This document shows positions 17,635 through 27,018 of a stretch of 64,000 nucleotides of DNA, piece by piece. The DNA comes from Gemmatimonadales bacterium (lineage in GTDB: Bacteria; Gemmatimonadota; Gemmatimonadetes; Gemmatimonadales; GWC2-71-9). Within the stretch, counting starts at the first letter, position 1. Every line of letters begins with the position of its first letter. The stretch lies in the NCBI GenBank assembly GCA_045803515.1, contig JBJMOX010000341.1, forward strand, positions 4,180 to 68,179, in the 5' to 3' direction. The position numbers and the translations under genes were made by a program. Below the pieces are notes generated by a model that made no database searches, was not told the DNA's origin, and worked only from the letters and a program-made list of their open reading frames with translations.

Positions 17635-19067
17635 GCGGCTCGACCGTGTTGATCGTGGACGACGAGCGGACGCTGGCCCGGGCGGTGAAGGGCTTTTTCA
17701 CGGAATCGGGGTACGAGGCCGAGGTCGCCGGGGACGCGGAGCAGGCACTCGCCCTGCTGGAGACCCTGCGCCCCGACGTGGTCTTTACCGACGTCCGGCT
17801 GCCGGGCATGAGCGGCATCGACCTGCTGCGCCGGATCCGGGAGTTCGACGCCGCGATCCCGGTGATCATCATGACCGCCCACGGCACCATCGAGGGCGCG
17901 GTCGAGGCCGTGAAGCTCGGCGCCTTCGACTACCTCAAGAAGCCGGTGGATCTGGAGGAGCTCAAGCTTCTGGCCGACCGGGCCCGCGAGACCTCCCAAA
18001 TCAAACAGGAGCTGTCGTATTACCGGCGCCGTGCCGCCGCGCCCGATCTCCCCCTGGCCGGCCTGGTGGGCGATTCCGCCGGGCTCCGTGCAGTGGTGGA
18101 ACAGGCTCGGCAGATCGCCGCCCTGCAGGAGACTCCGCCGGTGCTCATCATGGGCGAGACCGGGACCGGCAAAGGGCTGATCGCCCACACCATTCACGGA
18201 GCGAGCCCGCGGGCCAATCGCCCGTTCATCGAGGTGAACTGCACCGCGCTTCCGGCCAACCTCATGGAGGCCGAGCTCTTCGGCCATGAGCGCGGGGCCT
18301 TCACCGACGCCAAGGAATCCAGGATGGGGTTGTTCGAGGCGGCGGAGGGAGGATTCCTCTTCCTGGACGAGGTGGGTGACCTGGAGCTGGCGCTCCAGGG
18401 AAAGCTCCTCAAGGCGGTCGAGGAGCGAACCGTCCGCCGAGTCGGGGGGGTGCGGGATCGCCGGATCGACGTCCGCATTCTGGCCGCCACCAATCGCGAC
18501 CTCGAGCGCGAGGCCCAGCGCGAGCAGTTCCGGCGTGATCTCTACTTCCGGCTCGCGGTGATCATCCTCCACCTCCCGCCACTCCGGGAGCGGGGCAATG
18601 ACATCCTGATCCTGGCGGAGCACTTTCTCAAGCGCTTCAATGCCAAGTACGGCAAGCAGGTCCGTACCATCGACGCACGGGCTCGGGAACTGCTGCTGAC
18701 GTACCCCTGGCCGGGGAACGTTCGCGAGCTAAGCCACGTGATGGAGCGCGCCGTACTCTGGAGCCGAGGCTCCGCCATGCTCGATGTCGAGCACCTCTCG
18801 TTGGGAAACCCGCTCCAGTCCACCCCGGCGGCCGAACCCGTAGTGCCGGAGCCGGGACCACTGGCGGAGCGGGTCCCCAACACAGGCTCGCCGGTGCTGC
18901 CGCCGCCCGGGGTGGATCTCGAGGGGTGGGAGAAGTCGCTGATCGAGCAGGCACTGCGAGAAGCGGATGGCAATCAGACGCGGGCGGCGCAACGCCTGGG
19001 CATCAGTCGCGACACGCTCCGCTACCGTCTGAAGAAGCACGGAATCCAAGGTTATGGGATTTCGTGA
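17631..19067 (+). CDS. Sigma-54-dependent response regulator (NtrC/Fis family bEBP)
   Basis: Receiver domain, AAA+ Walker A GETGTGKG, sigma-54 contact loop present as GAFTDA, and a C-terminal Fis HTH (TRAAQRLGISRDTLRYRLKKHGI). 4-nt overlap with the kinase gene. Confidence 0.9.
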   Translation: MSGSTVLIVDDERTLARAVKGFFTESGYEAEVAGDAEQALALLETLRPDVVFTDVRLPGMSGIDLLRRIREFDAAIPVIIMTAHGTIEGAVEAVKLGAFDYLKKPVDLEELKLLADRARETSQIKQELSYYRRRAAAPDLPLAGLVGDSAGLRAVVEQARQIAALQETPPVLIMGETGTGKGLIAHTIHGASPRANRPFIEVNCTALPANLMEAELFGHERGAFTDAKESRMGLFEAAEGGFLFLDEVGDLELALQGKLLKAVEERTVRRVGGVRDRRIDVRILAATNRDLEREAQREQFRRDLYFRLAVIILHLPPLRERGNDILILAEHFLKRFNAKYGKQVRTIDARARELLLTYPWPGNVRELSHVMERAVLWSRGSAMLDVEHLSLGNPLQSTPAAEPVVPEPGPLAERVPNTGSPVLPPPGVDLEGWEKSLIEQALREADGNQTRAAQRLGISRDTLRYRLKKHGIQGYGIS

Positions 19068-19069
19068 GG

Positions 19070-19085
19070 TGGGTGAGATCACCCA
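19070..19085. promoter_or_regulatory. Palindrome TGGGTG-N4-CACCCA, copy 1 (candidate enhancer/UAS or terminator hairpin)
   Basis: TGGGTGAGATCACCCA starts 3 nt after the bEBP stop. Its centre is about 128 bp upstream of the -24 GG. Confidence 0.5.
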
Positions 19086-19203
19086 ACTGGGGGTAATGCC
19101 CCCGCCCGGGCCACCCTTCACCGGGTTCGCCAAGGGCTCGATATCATCTGGTAATTCTTCAGAGCACAACAGCTTGGGCAGCTACGTCGGATCGTGCCGA
19201 TTG

Positions 19204-19219
19204 TGGCACGGCGACTGCA
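19204..19219 (+). promoter_or_regulatory. Sigma-54 (-24/-12) promoter of the pqq operon
   Basis: TGGCACGGCGACTGCA versus consensus TGGCACG-N4-TTGCW: a single mismatch with exact GG/GC spacing. 110 nt upstream of the pqqA ATG, in an intergenic region next to a bEBP gene. Confidence 0.7.
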
Positions 19220-19256
19220 TAGTGGAGGGCGTCGTCGGGTCAGTGAAGGGCCCGGC

Positions 19257-19272
19257 TGGGTGGAATCACCCA
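19257..19272. promoter_or_regulatory. Palindrome TGGGTG-N4-CACCCA, copy 2 (in the pqqA leader)
   Basis: TGGGTGGAATCACCCA, 14/16 identical to copy 1. Located between the -12 element and the pqqA Shine-Dalgarno. Confidence 0.5.
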
Positions 19273-19327
19273 CAGTCGAAGTGCGGGGCCGACCCGGCCC
19301 AACCCATCACACCACGGAGGATGGAAC

Positions 19328-19402
19328 ATGAAGTGGACCAAGCCCGAAGCTGAAGTTGTGGCCGTCACGATGGAAGTGACCGCCTACGTCGCGACGCTCT
19401 AA
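19328..19402 (+). CDS. pqqA: PQQ precursor peptide PqqA
   Basis: 24 codons, MKWTKPEAEVVAVTMEVTAYVATL, with the conserved Glu-x3-Tyr (EVTAY). GGAGG lies 7 nt upstream. Immediately precedes pqqB. Too short for the ORF track. Confidence 0.9.
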   Translation: MKWTKPEAEVVAVTMEVTAYVATL

Positions 19403-19418
19403 GCCGCAGCACTGACTC

Positions 19419-19444
19419 GAGGGGCTCGCGAAAGCGGGCCCTTC
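19419..19444 (+). terminator. pqqA-pqqB intergenic stem-loop (attenuator or mRNA stabiliser)
   Basis: GGGCTCGC-GAAA-GCGGGCCC: 8 bp including one G-U, GAAA tetraloop, extendable to 11 bp. Followed by GTGTTTTC. 12 nt before the pqqB GTG. Confidence 0.55.
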
Positions 19445-19455
19445 AGTGTTTTCAG

Positions 19456-20361
19456 GTGCAGGTCATCCTCCTCGGTACCGCCGCTGGCGGCGGCTTTCCC
19501 CAATGGAACTGCTGGTGCCCCTCCTGTCGTGTGGCGCGGGCTGACCCCCGGCGTGCCCTTCCGCGATCACAATCCTCGGCCGCGGTGAGCTCGGACGGGG
19601 AGCGCTGGTTTCTGTTGAATGCCTCGCCCGACGTCCACGCCCAGCTCAGCCGTGTGCCGACGCAGCCCGCGGGCGTGCGCCACGTACCCGTCGAGGGAAT
19701 CGTCCTGACCGATGCCGAGCTGGACCATACCCTGGGCATCGTCCTGCTCCGGGAGGCGAGACAGCTGCAGGTCTGCGCCACCCACGCGGTCCGTCAGGTG
19801 CTGGAGGCCGATTCACGCATCCTTCCGGTCACCCGGGCCTTCGCCGAGGTGCGCGTGACCGATCTGCCCTCCCACGGCGCCATGGCCCTGTGTTATCGTG
19901 ACGGACGCGACAGCGGGATTGCCGTTTCCAGCTTCGAGGTGCCCGCCGGCCCCCCGCGGTTCGCCCGCGAGGAGCTGCCGGGCCATACCGTGGGTCTGGT
20001 GCTGACCGATCAGGCCAGCGGCGCCTCCTGTGCGTTCGTGCCGGGCTGTGGCGGTCTGGACGACCATCTGCTGGAGCTCCTCGCCGGGACCGACCTCGTC
20101 CTGTTCGATGGCACCTTCTGGACGGACGACGAGCTGATCCAGCTTGGCATAGGCGAGCGGACCGCGCGGCAGATGGACCACCTGCCGGTCTCCGGCCCCG
20201 ACGGCAGCCTCGAGCGGCTGGCTACGCTGCCCTCGAGACACCGGGTGTACACCCACATCAACAACACCAATCCCATGCTTCTGGAAGACTCTCCGGAGCG
20301 GGCCCTGGTGGAGCGCCGCGGCTGGCGGGTTGGGGCCGACGGCATGGCATTCACCCTCTGA
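19456..20361 (+). CDS. pqqB: PQQ biosynthesis protein PqqB (metallo-beta-lactamase fold)
   Basis: The N-terminus LLGTAAGGGFPQWNCWCPSC is the hallmark PqqB motif. 301 aa, GTG start. Confidence 0.92.
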   Translation: MQVILLGTAAGGGFPQWNCWCPSCRVARADPRRALPRSQSSAAVSSDGERWFLLNASPDVHAQLSRVPTQPAGVRHVPVEGIVLTDAELDHTLGIVLLREARQLQVCATHAVRQVLEADSRILPVTRAFAEVRVTDLPSHGAMALCYRDGRDSGIAVSSFEVPAGPPRFAREELPGHTVGLVLTDQASGASCAFVPGCGGLDDHLLELLAGTDLVLFDGTFWTDDELIQLGIGERTARQMDHLPVSGPDGSLERLATLPSRHRVYTHINNTNPMLLEDSPERALVERRGWRVGADGMAFTL

Positions 20362-20372
20362 CCGGCACCCCG

Positions 20373-21125
20373 ATGACCGCGACCCTTCTGGCCTCGAAGC
20401 TGGCGACCCCACCGGCCCCGCCGTTCCCCCGATTGGAGCGGGCGCTCGGTCCGGGTGAGCTGGAGGACGCCCTCCGGTCGTTCAACGGCTCGTACTACGT
20501 CGAGCACCCGTTTCACCAGCTGATGTATGAGGGGCGACTCACCCAGCGCCAGTTCCAGGGCTGGGTGGCGAACCGCCTGGCGTACCAGCGGGTGGTGCCC
20601 CGGAAGGACGCGGCCATTCTGTCGAACTGTCCCGATCCCCAGGTCCGCCGGGAGTGGATCCAGCGGATCATCGACCACGATGGCACCGAGCCGGGAACCG
20701 GCGGGATCGAGCTCTGGGTGCGACTGGGCGTCGCCCTCGGCGTTCCTCGGCAGGAGATGGAGGACGAGCGGCACGTGCTGCCGGCCGTGCGGCTGATCTG
20801 CGAGTCGTACGTGACCTTCTGCAGGAACAGGCCATGGCAGGAAGCGGTCGCCTCCTCGTTGACCGAGCTGTTCGCGCCCAAGATCCATCAGCAGCGGATC
20901 CAGTCGTTTCCGCTGCACTATCCCTGGATCCCGCCGGAGGCGCTCGACTACTTCAAGAGCCGCCTGGTCCAGGCACCTCGGGACGTGAGTCACGGGCTCA
21001 GCATCGTGAAGACCTGGGCCACCACTCCGGAGCGGCAGCAGAAGGTGTTCGAGGCGCTGGCCTTCAAGCTCGAGATGCTGTGGGCCATGATAGACACCAT
21101 CCACAACGCGTACCGCGAGGAATGA
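20373..21125 (+). CDS. pqqC: Pyrroloquinoline-quinone synthase PqqC
   Basis: 250 aa. Length, position in the operon and a heme-oxygenase-like helical sequence (YYVEHPFHQLM) match PqqC. Confidence 0.9.
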   Translation: MTATLLASKLATPPAPPFPRLERALGPGELEDALRSFNGSYYVEHPFHQLMYEGRLTQRQFQGWVANRLAYQRVVPRKDAAILSNCPDPQVRREWIQRIIDHDGTEPGTGGIELWVRLGVALGVPRQEMEDERHVLPAVRLICESYVTFCRNRPWQEAVASSLTELFAPKIHQQRIQSFPLHYPWIPPEALDYFKSRLVQAPRDVSHGLSIVKTWATTPERQQKVFEALAFKLEMLWAMIDTIHNAYREE

Positions 21126-21394
21126 GCGGCGTGACGATCTCGCTCGACAACGTGCCCCGGCTCTGGCGGCTGGCCCGGCTCGATTACGACCCGGCGCGGC
21201 AACGGCCGGTGCTGTTGTATCCCGAGGGGGCGGTGCTGCTCAACGACACCGGCCGCGCCATCCTGGAGCTGGTGGATGGCAGCCGAAGCGTCGCCCAGAT
21301 CGCGGCGGAGCTGAGCGCGCGGTACGAGACCGACGTGACCGCCGACGTGACCGCATACCTCTCGCATCTGGCGGAGAGAGAGCTGATCCAATGA
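21122..21394 (+). CDS. pqqD: PqqA-binding chaperone PqqD
   Basis: 90 aa. LLYPEGAVLLNDTGRAILELVDGSRSVAQIAAELS matches the PqqD/RRE fold signature. ATGA overlaps with both pqqC and pqqE. Confidence 0.9.
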   Translation: MSGVTISLDNVPRLWRLARLDYDPARQRPVLLYPEGAVLLNDTGRAILELVDGSRSVAQIAAELSARYETDVTADVTAYLSHLAERELIQ

Positions 21395-22478
21395 CCACTG
21401 AGCGCCCCACGACTTTGCTTGCGGAGATCACCCACCGCTGTCCCTTGCATTGCCCCTACTGCTCCAACCCGCTGGATCTTCTCCGGGCGGACAGCGAGAT
21501 CGGCACCGAGGACTGGAAGCGAGTCTTCAGCGAGGCCCGCGAGCTCGGGGTGCTGCAGCTCGGCCTGTCGGGCGGCGAGCCGCTGGTGCGCAAGGACCTC
21601 GAGGAGCTGGCGATCCACGCCAGGAGTCTGGGGCTCTACACCACCCTGGTGACCTCCGGGCTCGGTCTCACCCGAAAGCGGGCGGAAGCGCTGCGTGCGG
21701 CCGGGCTGGAGCACGTGCAGATCTCGATCCAGGATTCGGATCCAGTGTCGGCCGAGCGGATCGCGGGAGTGAGCTCGGTCAAGCAGAAGCTGGCGGCAAT
21801 CGCTCTGGTGAAGGAGCTAGGCTTCGCGTTCTCGGTCAACGTGGTGCTGCATCGCGCCAACCTCGACCGGATCGGGGAGATCATCGATCTCGCGGCGAGC
21901 CATGGCGCGGACCGCCTCGAGCTCGCCAACACCCAGTACTACGGGTGGGGGCTCAAGAACCGGAGCTCGCTGATGCCGTCCAGGGAGCAGGTGCTGGCCG
22001 CGAAGGAGATCGCCCAGGATCGGATGCAGCGCTACAAGGGACGGATGCAGATCACCTTCGTGCTGCCCGATTACTTCGAGGAGCTGCCCAAGGCCTGCTA
22101 CGGCGGGTGGGGTCGGTACTACATCGTGGTCTCTCCCGACGGGAAGGCGCTGCCGTGCCACGGGGCTTACGCGATTCCCTCGCTCGAGCTCCCCAGCGTG
22201 CGGGAGCACTCGGTGCGGTGGATCTGGCACGAATCGTCCGCCTTCCAGGCGTTCCGGGGCGATTCGTGGATGAAGGAGCCGTGTCGCAGTTGTCCTCGAA
22301 AGGCCATCGACTTCGGGGGCTGCCGCTGCCAGGCACTCGCGCTCACGGGCGACGCGGCGAACGCCGATCCGGTCTGCACGCTGAGCCCCTTCCGCCATCT
22401 GATCGACGAGGCGCTTGAGGGGCACGCCGGCGCCGACGAGTACGCTTACCGGGAAATCGCGGCCGAGCCCCTGCGCGC

Positions 22479-22482
<4 letters not shown>
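21391..22482 (+). CDS. pqqE: Radical SAM/SPASM enzyme PqqE
   Basis: The CPLHCPYC cluster motif (CxxxCxxC) lies near the N-terminus. C-terminal auxiliary Cys cluster (CRSCPRKAIDFGGCRCQA). 363 aa. Confidence 0.92.
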
Positions 22483-23401
<919 letters not shown>

Positions 23402-23405
<4 letters not shown>

Positions 23406-24211
23406 GCGTGGCGAGCACCATCTACGGGATCGTCGCCCGTGATCTCGCGCGAACCACCCGCCAGACCAGTCGCCTCCTGGGTGGCCTGGCGCGTCCCTTC
23501 ATGTGGCTCCTGCTGGTCGGCACGGGGTACAACGCGATCGCCCGGTTGGAGAACGGCATCTCCTACCGGGCGTTCGTCTTTCCCGGGGTCGTCATCATGG
23601 CGTCCCTCTTCGGTGCCATGTTGACGGCGATCGCGACGGTCTACGACCGCGAGTTCGGGATGCTCCGTCTCATGCTGGCGAGTCCCGCGGGTGTGCCCGC
23701 GGTCCTCATGGGCCGGGCTCTCGCCGCGGCGCTGATCGGATTCACCCAGGGAGCCGTCGTGCTCCTCTTCGCGCCTTTGGTCGTGCCGGGGTCGGGATCG
23801 GCACTGCTCGCCGGGGCTGCGGCGCTGGCCCTCTCCTCCGCCAGCAGTGCGATGCTGGGATTGCTTGTGGCCGCCCGGTTGACCTCGGTGGAGAACTTCG
23901 CCGGAGTGATCAACGTGGTGCTGTTTCCACTGCTGTTCGTAAGCGGCGCGCTCTATCCGACCAGCGGAATGCCCCGCGTCCTTCGCGCGCTCGCCCGGGT
24001 GAACCCGGTGACCTTCCAGGTCGATCTCATGCGACATGCCTTCCACCAGCCGGTGGAGTTCAGCCCGACGACGGGGGTGCTGGTGCTGGCGGCGACGATC
24101 ATCGTGGCGTTCGGACTCACCGCGTGGCTGTTCGATCCGGAGCAGCGGTTTGTCGGGAGAGTGACTAGGGGCAGGCCGTCGGCTGGGGCGCAGCCAGGCG
24201 GGAAAGCGTGA
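23402..24211 (+). CDS. ABC-2 type transporter permease
   Basis: 269 aa with about 6 TM segments. The ATG overlaps the ATPase stop (ATGA). Typical ABC-2 layout. Confidence 0.8.
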
Positions 24212-24977
24212 CGTCCTGCTCCAGACTCGAGCGCACTGCCTGAGGGATCGGACCACCCGCGGGAATCGTACTCTCGACCACGATGTGCCGGACCCACCGA
24301 ACCAATCCGACTCGAGGGTTCCAGTCCAGCTGACCCTCTTCCAGCGTCACCTGGTGTGCCGGAACCGAGAGGGTGTCCCCCCGGAGCGGGGCCGCCTGGG
24401 CCTCGGTGCGGCTCCGCAACCGAAGCCGGTGTACCAACCGGCCCGCAGCCCCGCTGTCGGGCAGTCGCCTGAGCTCGAGTCCGATCGCGTCACCCCAGCG
24501 CTGCCCGACCCCGATCGGCGCGGTGGGCAGCGGGGGCAGCAGATCCTCGAGCGCCCCTCCCAGCTCCGCCACTTCGGCCACCTCATCGGGAATGAACGGA
24601 CGCGCCACCGTGGCATAGCGCCCCGCCGGGGTAAGCACGCCCCGGTAGCGGCCGCCCAGGAGCCCGTCGGTGTCCGGCATGCTCTTGCCCGACGGACCCT
24701 CGCGCCACACCGACAGCGAGTCATACCACGCCTCGAGCGCGACGCCGGCCGTGGTGTCACGGGCGCGAAGGCTCCAGCGGCCGACGCGGCCGACGGTTTC
24801 CTGTCGCCTCCGTCCGGCGCTCTCCACCAGGACTCGTCCGCGGGACGTTTCCTCGAACCGGGTGCACTGCAGTTGCGCGGCGGTGTAGCGGAATTCAACG
24901 GGCGTCTGGACCGACTGAGCCTGGGAGAGGCCCGGAAGCGCGGCCGCCGCGGCCGCCGTAACGGCGGTGGCCCTCAT
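24165..24977 (-). CDS. Secreted hypothetical protein
   Basis: Start chosen at MRATAVTAAAAAALPGLSQAQS (signal peptide), 22 nt downstream of the P5C dehydrogenase stop. No motif recognised. The 3' end overlaps the convergent permease gene by 47 nt. Confidence 0.5.
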   Translation of the reverse strand: MRATAVTAAAAAALPGLSQAQSVQTPVEFRYTAAQLQCTRFEETSRGRVLVESAGRRRQETVGRVGRWSLRARDTTAGVALEAWYDSLSVWREGPSGKSMPDTDGLLGGRYRGVLTPAGRYATVARPFIPDEVAEVAELGGALEDLLPPLPTAPIGVGQRWGDAIGLELRRLPDSGAAGRLVHRLRLRSRTEAQAAPLRGDTLSVPAHQVTLEEGQLDWNPRVGLVRWVRHIVVESTIPAGGPIPQAVRSSLEQDVTLSRLAAPQPTACP

Positions 24978-24999
24978 GATCGCAGGGAGAATGGCCTGC

Positions 25000-26628
25000 T
25001 CAGGCTTCCAGCATGAACGGGTAGCGATAGTCCTTCGGAGGCGCGAGAGTCTCCTTGATGCTCCGAGGTGAAACCCAGCGCAGCAGGTTGAGGATGGAGC
25101 CCGCCTTGTCGTTGGTCCCGCTGGCGCGCGCGCCGCCGAACGGCTGCTGTCCGACCACGGCACCGGTGGGCTTGTCGTTGACGTAGTAGTTCCCGGCAGC
25201 GTTGCGAAGCGCACGATCGGCCTGGACCAGGGCGCCACGGTCCTGCGCGAAGACGGCGCCGGTGAGGGCGTAGGGGCTGGTCCGATCCACCAGGCCGAGC
25301 GTCTCGCTCCAGCGAGTCTCGGGATAGACGTGCACCGTGAGCACCGGCCCGAAAATCTCCTCGCACATGAGCCGGTACGAGGGGTCCTCGGCCTGGAGCA
25401 GGGTGGGTTGAACGAACCAGCCCACGCTGTCGTCCGTGCCGCCGCCCGCCACGACCTGGACGCCGGGGTCGCGCCTGGCCTCCGCGAGATGGTCGCGGAG
25501 CCGATTGAAGGCGCGTTGGTCGATCACCGCGCCCATGAAGTTCCGGAAGTCGGCGACGTCGCCCATGCGGATGTCCTCGATCATCCCCACCACGCGATCG
25601 CGCACGGCCGGCCAGATCGTGTCGGGAATGTACGCCCGTGAGGCGGCGCTGCACTTCTGCCCCTGGTACTCGTAGGCGCCGCGCACCATCGCCACGGCCA
25701 GCGCGTCCACCTCGGCACTCGGGTGGGCCAGGATGAAGTCCTTGCCACCCGTCTCCCCCACGATGCGGGGATAGGCGCGGTAGCCCTCCAGGTTGTCCCC
25801 GATCGTCCGCCAGAGGCTCTGGAACACCGTGGTCGAGCCGGTGAAGTGAATGCCGGCGAGATGGGGGCTCCCGAGGAGCGTCCGGCTGATCTCGATGGCG
25901 TCTCCCGGCACGAAGTTGATCACGCCCGGAGGCAGGCCGGCCTCCTGAAGGAGCCGGTAGAAATGCCAGTTGCTCAGCGCGGCCGAGTGGGCGGGCTTCC
26001 AGACCACCGTGTTCCCCATGAGCGCGGGAGCGGTGGGAAGATTGCCGCCGATCGCGGTGAAGTTGAACGGCGTGATCGCGTAGACGAAGCCTTCGAGCGG
26101 GCGGTGGTCCATCCGGTTCCAGGTGCCCGGCGACGAGTCAGGCTGCTCCCGGTAGATCCGTTCGGCGAAATGCACGTTGAATCGGAGGAAGTCGATCAGC
26201 TCGCAGGCACTGTCGATCTCCGCCTGGAACGCGGTCTTGCTCTGGCCGAGCATGGTGGCTGCGTTGAGCCGTTGCCGCCAGGTGGTGGCCAGGAGGTCGG
26301 CCGCCTTGAGGAACACTCCGGCGCGGTCCTCGAACCGCCAGTGCGCCCAGTCGCGCTGGGCTTCGACCGCGGAGGTCACCGCGGCGTCGATCGTCGCGCG
26401 GTCGGCGTGATGGAGAGTGCCCAGCACCCGCGCGTGGCAGTGGGGCGAGATCACGGGCTCGGTGACGCCGCTACGGATCTCCCGTCCGCCGACCACCGCT
26501 GGGATCTCCGGACGCTCGCCCCCGACCGCGGTGAGCGCGCCTTTGAGCGCCGTTCGCTCAGGGCTGCCGGGAGCGTAGCCCAGGACGGGTTCGTTGCGGG
26601 GCTGGGGAATGTTCGCGAAACCGCTCAT
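25000..26628 (-). CDS. pruA: L-glutamate gamma-semialdehyde (1-pyrroline-5-carboxylate) dehydrogenase
   Basis: 542-aa aldehyde dehydrogenase. Catalytic context EYQGQKCSAASR and the N-terminal FANIPQPRNEPVLGYAPGSPER are typical of stand-alone P5CDH. Confidence 0.85.
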   Translation of the reverse strand: MSGFANIPQPRNEPVLGYAPGSPERTALKGALTAVGGERPEIPAVVGGREIRSGVTEPVISPHCHARVLGTLHHADRATIDAAVTSAVEAQRDWAHWRFEDRAGVFLKAADLLATTWRQRLNAATMLGQSKTAFQAEIDSACELIDFLRFNVHFAERIYREQPDSSPGTWNRMDHRPLEGFVYAITPFNFTAIGGNLPTAPALMGNTVVWKPAHSAALSNWHFYRLLQEAGLPPGVINFVPGDAIEISRTLLGSPHLAGIHFTGSTTVFQSLWRTIGDNLEGYRAYPRIVGETGGKDFILAHPSAEVDALAVAMVRGAYEYQGQKCSAASRAYIPDTIWPAVRDRVVGMIEDIRMGDVADFRNFMGAVIDQRAFNRLRDHLAEARRDPGVQVVAGGGTDDSVGWFVQPTLLQAEDPSYRLMCEEIFGPVLTVHVYPETRWSETLGLVDRTSPYALTGAVFAQDRGALVQADRALRNAAGNYYVNDKPTGAVVGQQPFGGARASGTNDKAGSILNLLRWVSPRSIKETLAPPKDYRYPFMLEA

Positions 26629-26705
26629 CGTGGGTCCTGGATCGAAGAGGGCGAAAGCTAATGGGATTCAGGGGATTCGGTCACGTCCTTGCCGGAGTCA
26701 CCCTT

Positions 26706-26958
26706 GCTGGAACAATTCACCACGAGGACGCGAACGTTGAAGTTCATCAGCAAACCAGGGGACAAGCGCTGGGGCACAGGCGGAATGGCCGCTCCTAACA
26801 TTCTCGCTGACAGGTTGTTGGGATACCTATATGAGCCCCTTGGCCTTCCCGGAAGGCGTACTTGCTTTTCCATCCTAGAAAGGTTGAGAACGTCCATCCT
26901 ATCCCGTAGTCCGTGCGACCTCCGTGAACTCCGTGTCTCCGTGGTGAATTGTTCTGGC
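26706..26958. repeat. Long-range inverted repeat closing a 253-nt low-GC intergenic element (candidate structured RNA or MITE-like element)
   Basis: Perfect 15-nt arms GAACAATTCACCACG (26710-26724) and CGTGGTGAATTGTTC (26940-26954). Pairing extends to 19 bp plus a further 7 bp if G-U pairs on the plus strand are allowed. Internal hairpin GCCTTC-CCG-GAAGGC at 26843-26857. Confidence 0.6.
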
Positions 26959-27018
26959 TGGAAACCCGACCCAACTATCCCAAGCCGGAGGGGTGAACCT
27001 CAATAGATGGCCTCGCTC

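Noticed and set aside
19054-19353. 99-aa plus-strand ORF spanning the bEBP-pqqA intergenic region
   Set aside because: It covers the sigma-54 promoter and both palindromes, ends out of frame inside pqqA, and has no motif. The real coding feature here is the 24-codon pqqA.
26658-27006. ORFs of 79 aa (minus) and 105 aa (plus, TTG start) inside the low-GC spacer
   Set aside because: No Shine-Dalgarno, no ATG for the plus ORF, atypical composition for this genome, and the region is better explained by the long-range stem structure.
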